This document shows positions 56,577-64,000 of a stretch of DNA of 64,000 nucleotides, one piece after another. The DNA is from Balanoglossus misakiensis (lineage: Eukaryota > Animalia > Hemichordata). Location of the stretch: positions 11,297,656-11,361,655 of the forward strand of contig CM082583.2 of assembly GCA_040954595.2 (NCBI GenBank). Reading direction: 5' to 3'. Within the stretch, counting starts at the first letter, position 1. Every line of letters starts with the position of its first letter. Below the pieces are notes generated by a model. It was not told the DNA's origin. It did not search any database and saw nothing but the letters and a program-made list of their open reading frames with translations. The translations under genes were made by a program, and so were the position numbers.

Positions 56577-59500
56577 GTGAGTGACCTGGTTAATGAAATC
56601 ACTCTGAGAAAGCTGTTTTGGAAACTTCGCCCTTTACAATTGTTGTTTGTTTGTGTGTGCCAAACTTGCGTTGTTGAAGCATATCAGAGCCAGCAGAGCT
56701 GAAGAAGCAAACATCAAAACATTGTAAAACCAAACTGGAAACTCGTTTAATAAGTAAAATCAGAGATACTCGCTGCAATGTTTTTGTTTTCTCTGTTTGT
56801 GAATCAGTGCTGTGTACTACACACAAACTGAATTGAAGCCAGCAGAGCATAAGTAATGTATAACTAAACAAACCTTCGGAGAGAGAATTTCACAGGGTTA
56901 ATGGAAACAGTTTACCGAAAGTGCATTTGCAGTGAGTGAACTCTCTTGTGGTATGTTGGGTTTACTCGATTCATTATTTGGATTTTGTTGGCAAGGTTAT
57001 AGAGGACGAACTCAGGTCAACAAACATAAATTATAAAAAAATTGCCTGTGGGCACAAAGCTCACCAGGAACTCTTTGCAATAGCCAACGATTGAATTTGT
57101 TTTGCATATTTTCAGCAGGCTTTACGGACATGATTCACCCACACTCAGTAATCTTTGGGATCTGTGTTGTGCTTTACCCAGGAATGCTGGGAAATGCGCT
57201 ATTAATATCTTCTCCTGGAATGTCCGGCAATTACTTTCAGATTGTCTTTGTTTTTATGAATGGTCATGTTGGGCCGTTGACCTGATAGTGAGGACGTCTC
57301 TAATAGCATAAAAAGTGTAACCAAAGAATCTGCTGGTGTTGAGTTACTTATCTCACAGGACATTTGTCTTTGCTGTAACACGCTTGGTTATCACATTAGG
57401 TGTTGGTTTTAAGAGATTGCATTTTATCCTTCAAATTTTATCCTTCCTGATCCGTGGCTGCTGATATTAATGATTTTGAATCACTGCAGATGGATGTAAC
57501 CATGGAAACTTATTGATAGTTATGTGGCCCATTCGCACGCATGAACCTGAAATATCACGGCTAAAGCAAACTTCACCTTTCGCAAGCACACTTTGGTGCA
57601 GTCTTGTAGTGTACAGTGGGGTGGTTGGACCCATATCATTGGGAAAGGGGGCTCTCTGTTATGATTAGCAGAACCTTTGTGAGTAGTTTATGCAAGTCAG
57701 TTTCTAAGTCCACCTCCTATGCACCAATTCTCGCATTTCACAAAAGACTTTTTTAATAGTACCAACAAAAGCCGCGGGTCCAAACAAAAGAAACTGGTAC
57801 ACGTACACGGTTTCGGGCCATTGATTTGGTTTGTTGTCATCAGGGATATAATGATTTGGTGTTATGTTCCCACTGACTGCCCTCTTGCGGGTACTTTTGG
57901 AAACAGACTGATTTTGTGAAATCGGGGAAAAGAACGTGTGTGCCTGCTACAGTTGCATGTATGTACATAGATAGGCATGCATACCGGCTTAGTGTACGTG
58001 AAGTGCGGGGATAACCGTGATGAAAACAGACAAAGGTTATGTCTTGGATAAATCACCGAGCTCAGGAGAGACTATATAATGGGTAGGTGTGTGGCTTCTA
58101 TTAATTATTTATTTAGTGCCCATGTACATGTAACTCTGTGTTCAAATATCTGATCCTCAAGGTAGTCTCGTCGTAAGCCAATGGTGAGTGGTCGTCGAGG
58201 CAAGAAAGCTCGGCATATAGCAGCCCACTGGGAGAGGCAACCAACTTGGTATATTGGCACGGTTGGGAAAACATACCGTCTGTCGGTGGTTGAAAACAAT
58301 ATAATGTCTACCACCATGTAAATAGTGACAGATGTGTAATTATCAAAGTAGGTGAGCCATATCCCAAGCGAAAAAGGCTTGCTTTTAACCAGCAATGCGT
58401 GACTTCACGAGCTGTCAATGTCAAATCAGTTTAAACATGGCTTCTTCTTTTTGGTAAATTCGGTTATTTACAGTGTAAAATAAATCAGGTAATTGTACTG
58501 TTTGTTTTTGAACTTCAATTTAATGGATAAGGTGTGCCCACCCAGTCAGAAGGGCAAAGACCGTGTGTTAGTTAATGTGGTCCACTCTTTGCTGTGGTCC
58601 AGGTAATAATAACAAGACACATTTCATGGCCACCGACCACTAATCAAGTCTCCTTAACCCCTGTGTCAAATTCTGCATGCTCTGATGAAATTTTTTAGAC
58701 CCATAATTGTCAAATTTCACCTTAAACAAAAAAGCAGTTACTGGCGTGCTCGGTGAGCTTTTGAACCTCCAGACCTGCTGACTGTGATGCCACCTACCTC
58801 ACGGCTGAAAATAATACGTCAGATTTTACAGCAGTCGATATGTTTGTGTGAAAACAAAGCTTTGTGTAAAAATTCCTGCGCTGCATTCTATTGTGTAAAT
58901 GCATACAGGCAGTCAAGCAATATATGTTGGTGTCTTTTTCCATGGCTACCATCGTGTTTCCAGTTTTGGGATCTCGTTGACACTGGCTGTGGCGAAAAAA
59001 TGTATGTACAGGAGGTGGTGCATTAACATTGTATGCTGATGGAGAATGCTACACGTTGCCTGGCAGAAGTTTGCCAAGTTCACTTCGTTTCGGTGACAGT
59101 GGGATGTGTGTGGGCCTGAAGTTATTCCCCCGCGTACTTGTCAGAATTCTCAACAGCCAACTGTGTTGGCCGTGAACTCCATGGACGCTTTACCTATTGT
59201 ACTGATTGGCATTTACAATTACCCCATCAGGCATTTCCCGCTGTTTATTTCGCTACTACAGCATGCCTGGTGTGTTTTCTGTACACATATTTACAAATCT
59301 CTCTGGCACGACCTCAGGTGTGCCCTTGCTAATGTCTTCATGGGTTACAGAACCGGGTAAACAAATTATTTTTTTTTCTGGCTGGCCTGGCATTCTTGAA
59401 ATTTTAACATTTGGGTGTTTCCTTTCTGTGCAGATTCTGACGAGTACCATGTCTCTCGGAAGATGTGTGGGTGACAAACTGATATTAATGTGAGCTTCCA

Positions 59501-62500
59501 ATAAAAAAGGGACAAAAATGCTTGAAAATGACCTATTTTTTGGTCTTTGACTAAATCTTCAGTTTTTCATCATTTAATACTTTCATGCATTAGCAACTGT
59601 ATGATTACGCTGACAGTTTAGACATATTTTTTTCTTCAAATGAATAGCTATTATTGTCACTCTTCTTTGGTCATTAGTCGTCAGTTCATCCTCACAACGG
59701 GAGTGAAACATTTCCATTCAGGTTCTCTTTGTGCATCCTTTGTTCGTACAGTTGGTTTTTCATCAAAAGCAGACTGTACCTCTTTCAATTGTTAAATAAT
59801 GTTTCATATTGATGTTATTGTAGTGACACAAAAAAGCAGCGCATTGTGTTGGCCTGCAAAAGCTGCAGGTATTAGGACGGGCATCGGTGGATGTGACTTC
59901 ATTGTGTTTCTTTCCCAAAGCAGCCTGAATAGTTTGCTGTGTGTAACCATCCCGTTAACGAACATCCCAACAGAGATGCGGTATTGGATGCATTCTTCAA
60001 ATGTTAGGAAGCAGGCCATCCAGTATCCTGTTTGAAACAGTCCACAATGTGTTCAAGTTGATCCTTACAGGGTAGATATGGCAGAATTTGTCAAACCTGC
60101 CATCAGCATGGCCAATGGAATTCCAGAAACAAGTTCAGTGACTGAATATTCCCACGCTAATATGATCGACAGTCCGATGTCAACATCTCAACATACATGC
60201 ATGCAGCGACATTAGCATGGTTTTAATTCAGGGTGTTGTGTATGTAATTATTTGAAGTTTTGAAATAAATTTTTTGAGCAAATCAGAGTGAAACACGACA
60301 TTCAAGGTGAAGGGTTTGGTGTTTCTTGTGCCGCCAATTCCCAAGCGAGATGAATCATTTGTGGTTGAAGGTCGACAAAAAATCGCAAGCAGTACATGTA
60401 CATCTGATGAAGTAGTGATCACAAAGACTCAATTAGTGGGCAACCTTGACTCTGACGCATGTGGAATGATGTCCAACAGAAAAGTCCATTGTCAAGGTGA
60501 TATCGAACAGGGGCCACAGAAAACATCAAAAAATCGGTGGCATTTATTGTTGCCTTGTCTTTCTGTATACCGATTATAGAACACCCACTCATGATGGGTT
60601 CCCATGGAAACCCTTTCTTGGCGCCCTTTTTAGCAAAGGTCACCTGAGCTTCGTTCACCTGCAGATGAATCACCTTGATATTCAATTAGTGGAAAACATG
60701 TCTGGGGTGTAACCTGTTTTGGTGTTGGTGTCGAAGCGATACAACAATCGAAACACCTACGAGCTGAGTATCCACCTACTCACACTTGACACCCCCTGAT
60801 TTCCCCCACAGCTTTCGTCCTGTCCCATGACATTCACACATGAGAATAAAGAATAAAGGGGGAGTGATTGTGATTTATGAACTCCAAATTTGTTTATGAG
60901 TTGTTATCTGCCTTTGGGATGAATGGCGTCAACTCAGAGGCCAGGCATTCTTTCGTTACAATGTCTTCTCTTTCTGGTTGCTTCGGACAAGAAGCTGGGT
61001 TTTGAGCTGGGTTTTGTCCCCAGATTGACTGGTTTCTGCGCAAATAATCCAGGTATAAAATTGTACGCTTTCTTGGATTTGCTTGCGAGTAGGCAGGACC
61101 TGTCTACTTCAAATGGCACGATCCTCAGAGTAGATTTCAGTGTTCATTCATACTTGAGTGCTTTAGGTGGGCGGGTGGAGAACAGTTGTTACATTGTGAC
61201 AATATGAATAAGACGTGCGAGATCAAACGTCATCGAATGACATATGATTTCAGGATCCAATATTTGAACACAGCTGACTTATACATGGCTGTCTAGAGAG
61301 AAAAAAACACCTCCATAGCAGGAACGATGTAGATGGAAGGATTTAGTGAAATTCTCAGCGTACTTTGACTTCTGGTACTTTGAGATATATGATGCAACAT
61401 CTCTTTCAATTGTGACCAACTGAACAAAACTGCCAGGCCTATCAATTATATCAACTATATATAGTAATTAACAAAGGGGCCTAGATTGAGAAGTAGGTTG
61501 TTATGTGCAGAGTAAGAACATAGGAGGTACAGATCACTTCATTTTGCTGCATCCTTTGTCAGGTCGCCAGGGAAACATGGACAAATTTTCTAATGAAAGT
61601 GTTGGCTGAGAAAGGTGGTGGAACCACCACATGTGGGATGGGATGTTCGCAGTTCAGTCACCTTATTTGACCTTTCACGTGCCATTCAGAGTGCCAACCC
61701 CATAAGTTCAGGTCTTAACAATGCAGCGAAATGCTGACAACTAGTGTACCACAGTGCAATTACCTACAGAGGGTAGGCTTCACAAAGCCATTAGTGTCAC
61801 GTGGTTGTGTTTGATTCCAAATTTCGCACAGATCTTGAGCTACACTATGACAGGGCTATGAAATATTAATGCTCTGAAAGCTTACTGTGTGCAGTGGTCT
61901 AGAAGCTAGTTGGTGTCTTCAGATGCTGCTAAGAGTTGCCATAAAAAAACTGACTGGATTCTAGTTTTAAACTTTCCACAGCTCTTTCTTGAAAGTTATA
62001 TTGTTAATAATGTCTTCAAATCATTTTCATGTGAAAAGGCCAGGCTTTTCTGAAGTGTACAAAGTCCGTAGTGTGGCGTTCTCACGTGACATGCCCCAAA
62101 TGCCAATGAATCAATGTCTGTAGGTCGCAGATGACAGTCCTATAAGCATCGCAGGTGGAGGCGAATCTGGCGTGCCGCTAATTGAAGGTAATATCCGTGA
62201 AGATGCTCGCCTGGATTGATGGATACTGGAAGCTTTCCCACTAATTAATTGATGTGGAGCTGGCAATATACTTCATCTGTTGGGGAGAGTCGTGATTTTG
62301 TCTCAGTTCAAGAAATATGGATTTTCATACAGGTAAATTGGGGTGTCTGTGGGTGTTAAGAAATGCGGAGCTTGCGGTGTGTTTTAAGGGAAATTAAAGT
62401 ATTGAAGTGCATCTCTTTTTGCTCATCATCTTGGTAAAACATCACTACCAGATCGTGTCTCTCTCTTGATGCCAAGATGTCTGTCATGCGAGATTGAGTG

Positions 62501-63782
62501 GAGAGGCTCGTCCAGAATGAGTTGTCTGAAATGTAGATATGATTTTGAATCGATTCTGAAGACTTCAAAGTACAGGTGGTACCGATATCTTTCTTGCAGA
62601 CATTGTGCATTCAACCATAGACAGTGTATGATTCAATGGATTTGTACATACATTGACAAGGACTTAATTCACTAGAGAATATTCAGATTCTCATCTTCAT
62701 CTCGGTGGCCGTCTCCCAGGCTAATTTGTTTTTGCTTTATGGTTATCTCCATGCAGGATTCATTCAAAACGGAAATCTGTGCAGAGAATTCAGTACTATC
62801 TTCAAGATGTTGTTTCATTTCCGTGAATAATCCAAGTTGAATGCAAAATGAAATCCCTTTGAATTTGTCCAATCTTGTTATAAAAGAACGAAGAATTCAG
62901 CGCAATTCTGATTTATTTAAAATAATTGTCTTCATTATGTTTCACTTTAGGCAGCTATGGTGAAAACATGTGACCTGCTTACTGTGACAGGGTTCCGAGA
63001 AAAACTAACTTGCACCAGCAAATATTTGCATTCGGTGCAGTAGACGGTTTAACCTGGTAAACACTGTGGTTCGCTGCAGCCCTGGTCTGTTTGCTGACAT
63101 GTACATTGTACATGCACATAGGTTCTACAGAGGAATTCGGAAAGTGAACGATTTTACCTGTGCAGGGACGGAATGATTAGTTGTTAGCTCTTCAGTTTAA
63201 GGTCAGGTCATTGTTTTTCAATGATGTTTGATGGATGTGTTTTCTTTTCAATTCCCACACTTCACAACACTCATGAAATCTTGATGCTCTGGTACTAAAA
63301 GTAAGAGGTTTACTTTTCTTCTTTGAGTTAGGAGATGTACCATAAATTATTTATCCGTACGGAGGCAAATGATTCGATTTTCTTCACTTTCTGTGCAGTA
63401 CAACTCGGCCATTTTGTGTCTGGTAGCCGTGGCAACAGGTCAAAACCCAAGCCTGGAGTTGGAAGGGGCAAGCACGCCACGCTCACATTTAGCATTGATG
63501 GATGGCGCAGAACGACTAGTTACAGAATTCCTAACCCGATAGTTCAGACTTGCCAGTGAATTCAGATGATTAGTCTGAGATAATTAATGCCGTTTTACTC
63601 TCGTGGCATCTGTCAAACTAACCGACCAATAAGCGAGGAGCCCCCCTCCTATAGTTCACCTGCAGTAGTGATACACTTTTCAAGTATATATCAGGTATTA
63701 ATGTCACTGCATACATTTACCTACATGTGGTGGGATTTTCCAGGTATTGGTGTCAAGCATTGTGGGTTTTAATGGAGTGTCC

Positions 63783-64000
63783 TAAGGCTGCATTCACAAA
63801 CACCTCTGGAGGGGGGGCGGGAGAATTGAGGGGGGGGATTTGAAAAAATTGAGGGTATGTAAGGGGGGGGATTTGGAATAATTTGGGGACTGAAAGGGGG
63901 GGACTTGAAAACTTTAACGACTAAATATTTATTTTGAGTCCACAAAAATGCAGTTTCGCGCCCTTTATTTTACAAAATTTTCTAATGTGGGAGGGGGACA
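63783..64000. mobile_element. Probable end of a non-autonomous DNA transposon or MITE with ~32-bp G-tract subterminal repeats, truncated by the window
   Basis: Composition changes abruptly at TAAGGCTGCATTCACAAACACC. The unit G7-8-A(T/C)TTG(A/G)AA...TT recurs three times at about 63831, 63863 and 63896. Confidence 0.45.

Noticed and set aside
57000-63780. Many 60-97 aa ORFs in the distal region
   Set aside because: They have no recognisable domains, a composition typical of AT-rich non-coding DNA, and no consistent exon chain.

Overview
This is eukaryotic (animal) genomic DNA: AT-rich, with spliceosomal introns and microsatellites. It is most likely a marine invertebrate, and the vertebrate-like gene set suggests a deuterostome (inference). 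No prokaryotic features, CRISPR arrays, tRNAs or rRNAs were seen. Bases 1-44.3 kb are gene-dense: the 3' end of a GT31 beta-1,3-glycosyltransferase, KGD4/MRPS36 (4 small exons, not evident in the ORF track), NEIL1, a C3orf38 homologue (-), an intronless FABP, an intronless cytosolic sulfotransferase, ubiquilin, a divergent SLC24/NCKX-like exchanger, an orphan two-exon 2-TM gene (-), SLC30A5/ZnT5, myosin IE/F and a six-blade kelch gene (-). Bases 44.4-64 kb hold no recognisable protein domain and look like the promoter and first-intron region of a large gene that continues beyond the window. Main points of interest: the intact NCKX-like gene has substitutions at the canonical Ca2+ and K+ site residues; there are two U12-type and two GC-AG introns; two convergent gene pairs have matched back-to-back poly(A) signals; a ~270-bp inverted duplication brackets a promoter; there is a symmetric CCAAT/STAT cassette and an RFX X-box cluster; and a candidate four-way-junction RNA lies near 48.2 kb. 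All gene models were built by eye and homology calls come from recalled family motifs, not database searches.
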